DNA of 24,000 nucleotides from Xanthomonas oryzae pv. oryzae (GTDB lineage Bacteria; Pseudomonadota; Gammaproteobacteria; Xanthomonadales; Xanthomonadaceae): NCBI RefSeq assembly GCF_004136375.1, contig NZ_CP031697.1, positions 3,608,569 to 3,632,568 of the forward strand, read 5' to 3'. Shown piece by piece: positions 15,782 to 24,000 of this stretch (position 1 is its first letter; each line of letters starts with the position of its first letter). The notes under the pieces were generated by a model. It saw only the letters and a program-made list of their open reading frames with translations, ran no database searches and was not told where the DNA came from. The position numbers and the translations under genes were made by a program.

Positions 15782-18487
15782 TCAGAGAAACGAATAAACC
15801 AATGCGGACTCTTCGACACGAATGTCAAGGCGTTCAGTCCGTTTCCGGTCCACTACCCCACGAAGAAATTTGCGGCTAATCTCCGGCAACATCGAGTTAG
15901 TCAAAATCGCATCGATCATCCGGCCACCCGATTCGCTCTCGGTACACCGGCTCACCACCAGCTCCACTACAGACTCGTCGTAGTCGAACGGAATCCTGTA
16001 GCGCTCTTCGATCCGCTGCTTGATGCGGTTCAACTGCAATCGCACGATCTGTCCGAGCATGGCGTTACTGAGCGGGTAATACGGAATCGCCACCAGCCGC
16101 CCGAGCAATGCCGGCGGAAACACCTTCAACAACGGTTCGCGCAATGCCTTGGCCATGCCGTCCGGATCCGGCATCAATTCCGGGTCCTTGCACAGGCTGG
16201 CGATCAGGTCGGTGCCGGCGTTGCTGGTAAGGATGATCAAGGTGTTGCGGAAGTCGATGCGGCGGCCTTCGCCGTCTTCCATCCAGCCCTTGTCGAAGAC
16301 CTGGAAGAACAGTTCGTGCACGTCCGGGTGGGCTTTTTCCACTTCGTCCAGCAGCACGACCGCGTACGGCTTGCGGCGCACCGCTTCGGTCAGTACGCCA
16401 CCTTCGCCGTAGCCCACATAGCCCGGCGGTGCGCCCTTGAGCGAGGAGACAGTGTGCGCCTCTTGGTACTCGCTCATGTTGATGGTGATCAGGTTTTGCT
16501 CGCCGCCGTACAGCGTTTCGGCCAGGGCGAGTGCGGTTTCGGTCTTGCCGACGCCGGAGGTTCCGGCCAGCAGGAACACGCCGATCGGTTTGTCCGGGTT
16601 GTCCAGGCCGGCGCGGCTGGTCTGGATCCGCTTGGCGATCATCTCCATGGCGTGGTCCTGGCCGATCACGCGCTTGGCCAGCAGTTCGGGCAAGCGCAGC
16701 ACGGTGTCGATCTCGTTGCGGGCCATGCGCCCGACAGGGATGCCGGTCCAGTCGGCGACCACCGCGGCCACGGCTTGGTAATCGACTGTGGGCAGGATCA
16801 GCGGCGATTCGCCCTGCAATGCGGCCAGTTCGGCCTGTACCAACTGCAAACGTGCTAAGAGCGCATCGCGATCCACGTGTACCGGCGTTTCGAGCACCGC
16901 GATATCGCCAGACGCACGCTGTTCGGCCTCCGTTTCCAACGCACTGCCGGTCCCTTCCACCGGCGCGTTGCCGCCTCGCAGTTGCGCGCGTAGCGACAAC
17001 AGCGCATCGACCAACGCCTTTTCGGCAACCCAGCGCTGTTCCAGCTCGCGCAGGCGGCCGTGCTCGCTTTGCAGCAGGCTGGCGCAAGCGGCAGCACGCT
17101 CATCGACCACGATGCCAATCGCACGCTCGCGCTCGATGATGGCGTGCTCGGTGTCCAGCGATTCGATGCGGCGACGGCTGTCGTCCACTTCCGCAGGCGT
17201 GGCATGCAGGCTCACCGCGACGCGCGCGCAGGCGGTATCGAGCAGACTGACCGATTTGTCTGGCAGCTGGCGCGCCGGGATGTAGCGGTGACTGAGCTTG
17301 ACCGCCGCTTCCAGCGCTTCGTCAAGGATCTGCACGCGGTGGTGCTGTTCCATCGTCGAGGCGACACCGCGCATCATCCGCACGGCCTTGGCCTCGTCCG
17401 GCTCGTCGACCTGCACGGCCTGGAAGCGCCGCGTCAATGCAGGGTCTTTTTCGATGTACTTTTTGTACTCGGCAAAGGTGGTCGCGCCTACGGTGCGCAA
17501 GGTGCCGCGCGCCAGTGCCGGCTTGAGCAGGTTGGCCGCATCGCCGGTGCCGGCCGCGCCACCGGCGCCGACCAGGGTATGGGTTTCATCCACGAACAGA
17601 ATGATCGGCTTGGGGCTGGCCTGCACTTCGTCGATGACTGCGCGCAAGCGCTGCTCGAACTCACCTTTCATGCTGGCGCCGGCTTGCAGCAAGCCGACAT
17701 CGAGCGTGCGCAGCTGCACATCCTGCAACGCGGGCGGCACATCGCCGCGCGCGATACGTTGTGCGAAGCCTTCCACCACCGCGGTCTTGCCGACGCCGGC
17801 CTCGCCAACCAGGATCGGGTTGTTCTGGCGGCGCCGCATCAGGATATCGACGACCTGGCGAATCTCCTCGTCGCGGCCGATGATCGGGTCCAGCTTGCCC
17901 TCGCGCGCTTGTGCGGTGAGGTCGACCGTGTACAGCGCGAGCGCCGCAGTACCACCTGTTGCGCCAGTCCCAACGGGGGCGACAGCCGCCGCAACGTCGG
18001 TGGCATCGTCTTCCGGCGAGCCGGCGACGATGTCATCCAGATCGTCCGCCAGTGCTTCCGCGCGCAGCTTGGCGAACTCGCTCGACATCGCCAGCAACCC
18101 GTGACGCAGGCTACGCGTGTGCAGGATCGCCACCAGCAGATCGCCGCCACGGATGCGTTGCCGCCCGTAACGCAACGTGCAGTGCACCCAGGCGCGTTCC
18201 ACTGCCTCCTCCACGCTGGCCGACAGATCGAAGTGTCCGCCACCGCCGCGCGGCAGGCGATCGAGCGCCACGGTCAGGTCCTGTGCAAGCCGCGACGCAT
18301 CCAGCGAAAAACGGCGCACGATGCGGTGCAAGTCGCCGTCTTGCGCCTGCAGCAACTGATGCAGCCAGTGCAGCAGTTCCACTTCGTGGTCGCCACGTAG
18401 CCTGCAGAACGCAGTGGCCGATTCGATACCGCGATAGGTGGTCTTGTTGAGCTTGCCGAACAAGGCGGCGCGACTGATGTCTGCCAT
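15782..18487 (-). CDS. clpV: T6SS AAA+ ATPase ClpV (TssH)
   Basis: C-terminal 901 aa of ORF 15782..18580. Start at MADISRAALFGKLNKTTYRGIESA (ATG 18485-18487, GGAG upstream). There are two Walker A sites, LVGEAGVGKTAVVEGF and LLAGTSGVGKTETALALA, and Clp family architecture throughout. Confidence 0.95.
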   Translation of the reverse strand: MADISRAALFGKLNKTTYRGIESATAFCRLRGDHEVELLHWLHQLLQAQDGDLHRIVRRFSLDASRLAQDLTVALDRLPRGGGGHFDLSASVEEAVERAWVHCTLRYGRQRIRGGDLLVAILHTRSLRHGLLAMSSEFAKLRAEALADDLDDIVAGSPEDDATDVAAAVAPVGTGATGGTAALALYTVDLTAQAREGKLDPIIGRDEEIRQVVDILMRRRQNNPILVGEAGVGKTAVVEGFAQRIARGDVPPALQDVQLRTLDVGLLQAGASMKGEFEQRLRAVIDEVQASPKPIILFVDETHTLVGAGGAAGTGDAANLLKPALARGTLRTVGATTFAEYKKYIEKDPALTRRFQAVQVDEPDEAKAVRMMRGVASTMEQHHRVQILDEALEAAVKLSHRYIPARQLPDKSVSLLDTACARVAVSLHATPAEVDDSRRRIESLDTEHAIIERERAIGIVVDERAAACASLLQSEHGRLRELEQRWVAEKALVDALLSLRAQLRGGNAPVEGTGSALETEAEQRASGDIAVLETPVHVDRDALLARLQLVQAELAALQGESPLILPTVDYQAVAAVVADWTGIPVGRMARNEIDTVLRLPELLAKRVIGQDHAMEMIAKRIQTSRAGLDNPDKPIGVFLLAGTSGVGKTETALALAETLYGGEQNLITINMSEYQEAHTVSSLKGAPPGYVGYGEGGVLTEAVRRKPYAVVLLDEVEKAHPDVHELFFQVFDKGWMEDGEGRRIDFRNTLIILTSNAGTDLIASLCKDPELMPDPDGMAKALREPLLKVFPPALLGRLVAIPYYPLSNAMLGQIVRLQLNRIKQRIEERYRIPFDYDESVVELVVSRCTESESGGRMIDAILTNSMLPEISRKFLRGVVDRKRTERLDIRVEESALVYSFL

Positions 18488-18519
18488 AAAAACTCCAGAA
18501 GTGAAAACCGAGAAACGCA

Positions 18520-19530
18520 TCAGGGCGACGTAAGCACGAGCTGGTCGGCATCGAGCGGGCGGCGATAGTGGCCGAGCCACAGCGACAGGCCGATGCGCTG
18601 GCCCTGCCCCAGGACTGGCAACGGGACGTCTTCGCGCGCCAGCACGAGTTGTAAGTCCCAGGCCTGCTCGTCGCCGATGTAGCCGCGTACTGCGGCGGTC
18701 AGTACGTCCAGGGCCTGGCCGCCCGGCAGGAACTCGCGGTAGCGGGCGATCTCCAAGGGGCCGATCCGCAGGCGGAAGCGATGCTGCGCGTTGCGCGCCG
18801 ATGCGCCAAGCGTGGCGTCACGCCCGATACGCGCAGCAGCACGTCCCATCCGCAGTCGCCCTTCCTCGGGCAGCGTCAACCAGTTGGCAACCAATTCCTG
18901 CACCTGCACCGGGACGTCGAACAGGCCGGTCAGCACAGCACGCAAGCCTTCCGCATTGCGCGCCTGGGCAATGAAGCGACCGGCGAAGTGCCGGCGTGCA
19001 GCCACCGGCATCGCATCGCGATCACGTAACGCAGGTTGGTCCACACCGGTTAACGCATCCAGCCGCGCGCCGAAGCGGTCATCGCCCACGCGATCCATCT
19101 GCACGGTGGGTCGCGCATCGGCCCAGGCGCGATACCACAGCGCAATCATGCGATGGTGAAACATGTCGGCAAAGGCCGCAAAGGTGGGATCGCCAGCGCT
19201 TTCACGTTCGATGGCGTGCTCGGTCAGGTGCAACGGCAGCGCACCATGCGGGCCGAACAAGCCCAGCGACAGCGTGCGCAGGGTCGGCGGGCGACCGTCA
19301 ACGCCAGCGTGCACGCTGTCGATGTCGCGCGGAGGAAATTCCAGCGAGGCGCGCTGGCCCAAACGCACAGGCTCTTCCAACGGCCGTGCTGCCTGGCCCA
19401 GACGCGGTTGCGCCGGATGCGCGCACTCCAGCCACCGCAGCGCTTCGAATAGCTCGAAGGCCTGCGGTTGCGCATCCAGCCGCGCGAACAGCGCTACAGG
19501 ATCGGCCGATTGCCGAGATGGGCTGGCCAT
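18520..19530 (-). CDS. tssG: T6SS baseplate protein TssG
   Basis: Track ORF 18520..19560. I prefer the start MASPSRQSADP (ATG 19528-19530), preceded by GAGG with 7-nt spacing; the ATG at 19560 has no SD. TssG-like N-terminus: FELFEALRWLEC...PRLGQAARPLEEPVRLGQRASLEFPP. It overlaps the tssF 3' end. Confidence 0.9.
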   Translation of the reverse strand: MASPSRQSADPVALFARLDAQPQAFELFEALRWLECAHPAQPRLGQAARPLEEPVRLGQRASLEFPPRDIDSVHAGVDGRPPTLRTLSLGLFGPHGALPLHLTEHAIERESAGDPTFAAFADMFHHRMIALWYRAWADARPTVQMDRVGDDRFGARLDALTGVDQPALRDRDAMPVAARRHFAGRFIAQARNAEGLRAVLTGLFDVPVQVQELVANWLTLPEEGRLRMGRAAARIGRDATLGASARNAQHRFRLRIGPLEIARYREFLPGGQALDVLTAAVRGYIGDEQAWDLQLVLAREDVPLPVLGQGQRIGLSLWLGHYRRPLDADQLVLTSP

Positions 19531-21371
19531 CGAGCGACCTCGTTGCGTTCGGGCGTGCATAGCACGGTTTCGGTAAAGGAATTGAGCGATGCCTGGCGCG
19601 CAAAGACATGCCGCAGCACCGAGGCAAGCAGATAGACGCCCTGCCCTTCAAAGGCCGCGTCGTCGCAGGTCAAGGTGATCTCAAGTCCGCGGCCATAGGT
19701 GGCCGGGCCCGGCACCGGAATGCGCCTTACGATCGGGCGCGAAGCGATGCGGCGCACGCCGTCTACCTGTCGTCGCGCAGCGGCATCGTGCGGGTCGTGG
19801 TACAGCGTGAGCATCTCGCGCAATGCGGTGGCACCGTCGTCGCCGGCATCCAGCAGCGAGAGATAGTTCAACTGCAGATGGCTGATCAGGCGCCAGCGGG
19901 TATCGCCGGCGGTCACGCCCGAGCGCGGTCGCGTTGGACCTGCAACGCAGCGGATCGACGCCACCGGGCCGCCATCGTCGAGGACGAAGTCGGTGCTGGA
20001 TTTGCCCACCGGCATATGCAGCGGCAGATCGCGGTTGCTGCACCACAGCTGCATGCCCAGTTGCCGCAGTTGGTGCGAATACGGCGCCTGGTCGCCATCG
20101 ACCAACGACAGGAACACCTCGCTGCCAACGTAGCTCGAGCGCGGCCCGGTACGACGCTGTCCCGTCGACAGCCGCCGCGGCTGCCGTCGCAAGGCATAAA
20201 ATGCCGAACGCCGCTCATGCCAACTGCGCGGCTGCGCGCCATAGAACGGCTCGAAACGCTGCATTGGCGCATTGCCATCGCCGAAGCCTTCGACCTGCTC
20301 CACGCCATGAATCTCGAAGTCCATCGGCCGCGTGCGGTCGGCCAACACGTGGTGCTCGGAGATGCCGGGATGCAGATGGATACGATCACCGCGCCGAGGA
20401 AACAGGTTGATCGCCGGGGTGCAATGCAGGCGGAAGTTACTTGCGTCCACCGCGTTATCGAGCCGCTCGACGCTGCGGTCGAACCACACCAACATCTCGA
20501 ATTCGGCGCACGCCGCTCGCGTCAGCACCTGCGCCAGGCCATCGAAGGCGGTAAACAGGAAACGCTCGGGGCAGGCAAAATATTCCTGCAGCAGGCGATA
20601 GCCGCTGAAAGAGCGTTCGCTGCGCGGCAGCAGCGCCTGCTCGTCATCGAAGCCCTGCGGCTGCAGATGCTCGGGACCGAAGGTGCGCGTCAGCACCTGC
20701 CCATCCGCGGAGCGGGCACGCACCACAAATCCCAACGCATTGGCATGCAGTTGTTCGTGGAGGGTGCCGGCCAACCCATCGGCGCCGGTGATGAAGATCG
20801 GCAATGTGTCCAGCGCCAGCATGTCCAGGCGCAGCCCGGGGTCGACGTTGAAGACCAGGCGAAGGCCGGCGCGCGCACGCGGCTCGACCGGCACACCGAG
20901 CGTGGCCAGCGCTGCCGGCGAGGTGAGATAACTGGCGGCAGTCAGGCGCAGCGGCAACAGCGTCACCGCGTGCGCGGTGCGATATTCGCAGGCGGTGCGG
21001 TCGCCATGCCCGATCAACGAGCGCAACGCGCTGCCGCGCGGCACCACATGCCCCGCTGGGCCGATGCCCTCGCCTTGCTCCGGTTGCAGCTCCACCACGG
21101 CCATCGACGGCACCGGCGACAGGAAATGTGGATACAGCATTTCCGTCAGATGCTGCGCGAATGCAGGCTGCTGGGCTTCGAGTTCGACCTGCACGCGCGC
21201 AGACAGGAAGGCAAACCCTTCCAGCAGACGTTCGACATACGGGTCGGCGCACTCGATACCGCTCATCCCAAGCCGGCCCGCCACTTTCGGATACGCCTGC
21301 GCGAATTCCGCACCCATCTCGCGCACATGCTGCAACTCGCGGTTGTAGTGATGGAGCAGGCGCGGATCCAT
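19494..21371 (-). CDS. tssF: T6SS baseplate protein TssF
   Basis: 625-aa ORF with the typical N-terminus MDPRLLHHYNRELQHVREMGAEFAQAYPKVAGRLGM. Synteny is tssE-tssF-tssG. Confidence 0.95.
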   Translation of the reverse strand: MDPRLLHHYNRELQHVREMGAEFAQAYPKVAGRLGMSGIECADPYVERLLEGFAFLSARVQVELEAQQPAFAQHLTEMLYPHFLSPVPSMAVVELQPEQGEGIGPAGHVVPRGSALRSLIGHGDRTACEYRTAHAVTLLPLRLTAASYLTSPAALATLGVPVEPRARAGLRLVFNVDPGLRLDMLALDTLPIFITGADGLAGTLHEQLHANALGFVVRARSADGQVLTRTFGPEHLQPQGFDDEQALLPRSERSFSGYRLLQEYFACPERFLFTAFDGLAQVLTRAACAEFEMLVWFDRSVERLDNAVDASNFRLHCTPAINLFPRRGDRIHLHPGISEHHVLADRTRPMDFEIHGVEQVEGFGDGNAPMQRFEPFYGAQPRSWHERRSAFYALRRQPRRLSTGQRRTGPRSSYVGSEVFLSLVDGDQAPYSHQLRQLGMQLWCSNRDLPLHMPVGKSSTDFVLDDGGPVASIRCVAGPTRPRSGVTAGDTRWRLISHLQLNYLSLLDAGDDGATALREMLTLYHDPHDAAARRQVDGVRRIASRPIVRRIPVPGPATYGRGLEITLTCDDAAFEGQGVYLLASVLRHVFARQASLNSFTETVLCTPERNEVARWPAHLGNRPIL

Positions 21372-21374
21372 ACG

Positions 21375-21878
21375 TCAGTGGCCTGCCGAAGACAGACTGA
21401 AACGACCGGTTTCCAGATCGAGATCGGTGCGCAGATACAGCGCCAGCGGCAGCGGCTGTGCCCACAATTCGGAATCGATGACGAAGGACAGCGACATGCG
21501 GTCCATGCGCCCGATATCCACTTTCGCGGTGACCTGCAGGCTGGCCGCAGCCAGGCGCGGCTCGAACGCCACAATCGCCTCACGAATGCGGTTCTGCAGT
21601 GCGATCACGTCCAGCCCCGCCAGCCGTGCGCCGGCCAGGTCGGGAATGCCGTAATTGAGTACCGAGCTGGCGACGTGCGGATACGCCTGCAACGCATCCT
21701 CATGCCAGTGGCGCGTGCAATTGAGCAGCCAGGCCAGGTCGCGCATGACGCAGTCGCGCAGCTTGGCTGGACTGATCGCCCGCGCGTCGCGGCTTTCCGC
21801 CGGTTCGTGTCGGCGGTCGTCGATCAATCGGTCCAGCAGCGATGGCTGCAAACGCTCTTGTTGGGTCAGTTCGGCCAT
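21375..21878 (-). CDS. tssE: T6SS baseplate protein TssE (gp25-like)
   Basis: C-terminal 167 aa of ORF 21375..22001. Start at MAELTQQERLQPSLLDRLIDD (ATG 21876-21878). Also contains RDLAWLLN...VLNYGIPD, typical of GPW/gp25-family TssE. Confidence 0.9.
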   Translation of the reverse strand: MAELTQQERLQPSLLDRLIDDRRHEPAESRDARAISPAKLRDCVMRDLAWLLNCTRHWHEDALQAYPHVASSVLNYGIPDLAGARLAGLDVIALQNRIREAIVAFEPRLAAASLQVTAKVDIGRMDRMSLSFVIDSELWAQPLPLALYLRTDLDLETGRFSLSSAGH

Positions 21879-22699
21879 GGCGCTTCCACCGCGGCGGTGT
21901 CGAATGCGATGTGGCGGATGTCGAGCACCGGGTAGTCGTCCTCGCTGCCAGCCAGCAAGCGTTGCCCCAGACCGCATGCGGACAACGCCTCGCCCTTCCA
22001 TTCGGTGCGCTGGCCAAGGCGGATCGCGCCCTGCTCGCTGTGTTGGCTACCGGGGTAACGGCACGGCACCACGCCACGGCTGCGTGTGCCGTCATGCCAT
22101 TGGATGTCGACCGACTGCCATAGCAAGTCGCGCAGCGTGGTCGGGGCTTCCAAGCACAGGCTGCGCAATTGGACGAACGGCACCCACGCGTAGCCCACTT
22201 CGAGGATGACCTCAAGGCACGGACCAAAACGCGGGTCGGCGTCGGCCAGCCAGTCGAAACGCCGGCCATCGATATGGCCAGCGATGGCATCGGCTTGCGT
22301 AAGCGCCAGGGCACGCCGTCGCGCTGCCTGCCCTGGTTCGCCGTCGCGATCATGCTGCAATGCCTGCAGCAGATCCTGCTGCCACGGCGGGACCTGACCA
22401 GGCATCAGCGGCATCATTCGGCCGGCCAGCACCTGTTCGCGTTCCAGTTCAGCGTCGAGGATGCGCACATACGCAGCCACGACCCCGCCCCAACCCTGGT
22501 CCAACTCCGCGGCCAGGCGCAATTGTTGTTGCGCGCGCTGCCACTCTCCGGCCACCGCAAGCAGTTGGAACAGCCCGATGCGCGCTTGGGCATCGGCCGG
22601 GCACTGCCGCACCCAGTCCTTGGCGGTGGCCAACGATTGCGCCGGGTCGCCCGCCTTGATCAGGCGGGCGCAGGCATGTTCGGGATGGACAGCAGACAT
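21866..22699 (-). CDS. tagJ: T6SS accessory protein TagJ (ImpE family)
   Basis: 277-aa ORF. LFQLLAVAGEWQRAQQQLRLAAELD...FDWLADADPRFGPCLEVILEVGYAWVPFVQLRSLCLEAPTTLRDLLW parallels P. aeruginosa TagJ1 as I recall it (FLFQLLAVMGQW...FAWLADADTRLGPVLEVIVNGRYAWLP...LRDLVW). It lies between hcp and tssE, as in H1-T6SS. Confidence 0.85.
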   Translation of the reverse strand: MSAVHPEHACARLIKAGDPAQSLATAKDWVRQCPADAQARIGLFQLLAVAGEWQRAQQQLRLAAELDQGWGGVVAAYVRILDAELEREQVLAGRMMPLMPGQVPPWQQDLLQALQHDRDGEPGQAARRRALALTQADAIAGHIDGRRFDWLADADPRFGPCLEVILEVGYAWVPFVQLRSLCLEAPTTLRDLLWQSVDIQWHDGTRSRGVVPCRYPGSQHSEQGAIRLGQRTEWKGEALSACGLGQRLLAGSEDDYPVLDIRHIAFDTAAVEAPWPN

Positions 22700-22734
22700 C
22701 GGCAGCGGCGCTCCGGTTGGGGGATGCGTGGGGC

Positions 22735-23238
22735 TCAGGACTTCTTCACTTCCTGCATGTTGAACGTGAAGTCCTTGGTGCCGCCCTGCTTCTTGCCCTT
22801 GTCGTCCTGCGGCTGGAACGAATACTTGAACTTGCCGAAATGCAGGGTCACGTTTTCGGTCAGACGGTCCTCGCCACCGCTACCGCCGGTGGACACCGAG
22901 GTGATCATCACGCCTTCGCTGAGTTCGATCGTCACGTAGTCCGACTGCTCGCCGGTGGCGTTGGTGACGTACAGCGTGGCCGAATCCACACGCGCACCCG
23001 TGCAGCAGGCGTTGAGCAAGGCATTGGAGCAACTATCGACGTACTTGGTGATGGAAATATCCTTCACATTGGCCTTGCCGCCGGCTGCATACCCGGCGCC
23101 GGTATGCAGGTTGCCGGTGTTGCTGGTGCCCCACGACCAGGCAATGATCGGCACTTGGTCCTTGTGCTTGGTATGGTTGGACGCGCCCTTGATCTCGACG
23201 TCGCCCGAGCCGAATTTGAGATGCATATCGAAAGCCAT
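22735..23238 (-). CDS. hcp: T6SS tube protein Hcp (TssD)
   Basis: 167-aa ORF MAFDMHLKFGSGDVEIKGAS...IIAWSWGTSN...VTLHFGKFKYSFQPQDDKG. GGAG lies 7 nt upstream of the ATG. Size and position after tssC are typical. Confidence 0.95.
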   Translation of the reverse strand: MAFDMHLKFGSGDVEIKGASNHTKHKDQVPIIAWSWGTSNTGNLHTGAGYAAGGKANVKDISITKYVDSCSNALLNACCTGARVDSATLYVTNATGEQSDYVTIELSEGVMITSVSTGGSGGEDRLTENVTLHFGKFKYSFQPQDDKGKKQGGTKDFTFNMQEVKKS

Positions 23239-23337
23239 GGAACTTCTCCAGTGATGGGTGGTGCAGGAAGGGGGAGCCGATCCCGTGGCGTTGTCAGCCG
23301 CAGGGCGTTGGTGTTCGAAAGCGAGGCCTGTGGCCGA

Positions 23338-24000
23338 TCAGGCTGCCTGCGCCGATGGCAAGCGCGAGACCAGGCGTAGCGATACCGTCAGGCCTTCGAG
23401 CTGGTAATGCGGGCGCAGGAAGAACTTGGAGGTGTAGTAGCCGGGGTTGCCCTCGACCTCTTCGACGACCACTTCGGCAGCAGCCAATGGCTTACGCGCC
23501 TTGGTTTCTTCGCTGGAATTGGCCGGGTCGCCGTCGACGTAGTTCATCACCCAATCGGTCAACCAGCTCTGCATCTGCTGGCGCGTGCTGAACGAGCCGA
23601 TCTTGTCGCGCACGATGCACTTCAAATAGTGCGCGAAGCGGCAGCAAGCGAACATATACGGCAGGCGTGCGCTCAGCGCCGCGTTGGCGGTGGCATCCGG
23701 GTCGTCGTATTCCTCGGGCTTGCCCAGCGACTGCGCGCTGATGAAGGCTGCCATGTCGGTGTTCTTGCGATGTACCAGCGGCATCAGACCCATCTTGTCG
23801 AGTTCGGCCGAACGGCGGTCGGTAATCGCGACCTCGGTCGGGCACTTCATGTCCACACCGCCATCGTCGGCCGGGAAGGTATGCGTCGGCAGGCCTTCCA
23901 CCGCCCCACCCGACTCCACGCCGCGAATGCGGGTGCACCAACCGTACTGCTTGAAGGAGCGGTTGATGTTGACCGCCATCGCGTAGGCGGCGTTTTGCCA
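23338..24000 (-). CDS. tssC: T6SS contractile sheath large subunit TssC, C-terminal part (5' end beyond the right edge of the window)
   Basis: Track ORF 23338..23979 starts at an internal Met. The frame stays open to nt 24000 (WQNAAYA precedes MAVNINRSF). The conserved TssC C-terminus reads ...PYMFACCRFAHYLKCIVRDKIGSF...WLTDWVMNYVDGDP...GNPGYYTSKFFLRPHYQLEGLTVSLRLVSRLP. Confidence 0.93.
   Translation of the reverse strand, partial: WQNAAYAMAVNINRSFKQYGWCTRIRGVESGGAVEGLPTHTFPADDGGVDMKCPTEVAITDRRSAELDKMGLMPLVHRKNTDMAAFISAQSLGKPEEYDDPDATANAALSARLPYMFACCRFAHYLKCIVRDKIGSFSTRQQMQSWLTDWVMNYVDGDPANSSEETKARKPLAAAEVVVEEVEGNPGYYTSKFFLRPHYQLEGLTVSLRLVSRLPSAQAA

Noticed and set aside
23239-23337. Imperfect inverted repeat (GCCACAGG...CCTGCGGC) in the tssC-hcp spacer, considered as an attenuator or terminator
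   Set aside because: The stem pairs at 7 of 8 positions, the loop is about 22 nt, and there is no U-tract. It is too weak to call from sequence alone.
1-24000. Search for CRISPR arrays, tRNA/rRNA genes, integrase or att sites flanking the island
   Set aside because: I saw no regularly spaced direct repeats, no tRNA-like or rRNA-like sequence, and no integrase ORF. I could not identify direct repeats bounding 13.69-15.96 kb by eye; a computational repeat search would be needed.

Overview
High-GC DNA (about two-thirds GC by hand counts of 60-nt lines), probably from a Xanthomonadaceae-like gammaproteobacterium. Almost the whole window is one type VI secretion system (T6SS) cluster, with every gene on the minus strand. 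Order along the minus strand: tssC (partial)-hcp-tagJ-tssE-tssF-tssG-clpV-[about 2.1 kb low-GC island]-vgrG-hypothetical-tagH(fha)-tssK-tssL(OmpA-fused)-tssM-tagF-pppA-ppkA (partial). Gene content (TagJ, Fha, TagF, PppA, PpkA) resembles the Pseudomonas aeruginosa H1-T6SS type, but the two halves are fused into one co-directional array with many ATGA stop/start overlaps. The region worth a second look is the compositionally foreign island between clpV and vgrG (about 13.69-15.78 kb). It carries three similar-sized minus-strand ORFs (165, 164 and 152 aa), each with its own Shine-Dalgarno, plus a truncated IS5-family element. The two outer ORFs carry the zinc-deaminase signature (HAE...PCCFDC and HGE...PCSKC) but do not otherwise resemble each other. 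The middle ORF has a Cys/His pattern that recalls CheD/CNF1-type glutamine deamidases; alternatively it is an immunity protein. None has a visible PAAR, Rhs or other delivery domain, and their size suits Hcp-lumen cargo. I read this as a candidate undescribed stand-alone deaminase effector module; this needs HMM, structure and experimental confirmation. I saw no rRNA, tRNA or CRISPR array. The long plus-strand ORFs in the track are antisense artefacts of high GC.
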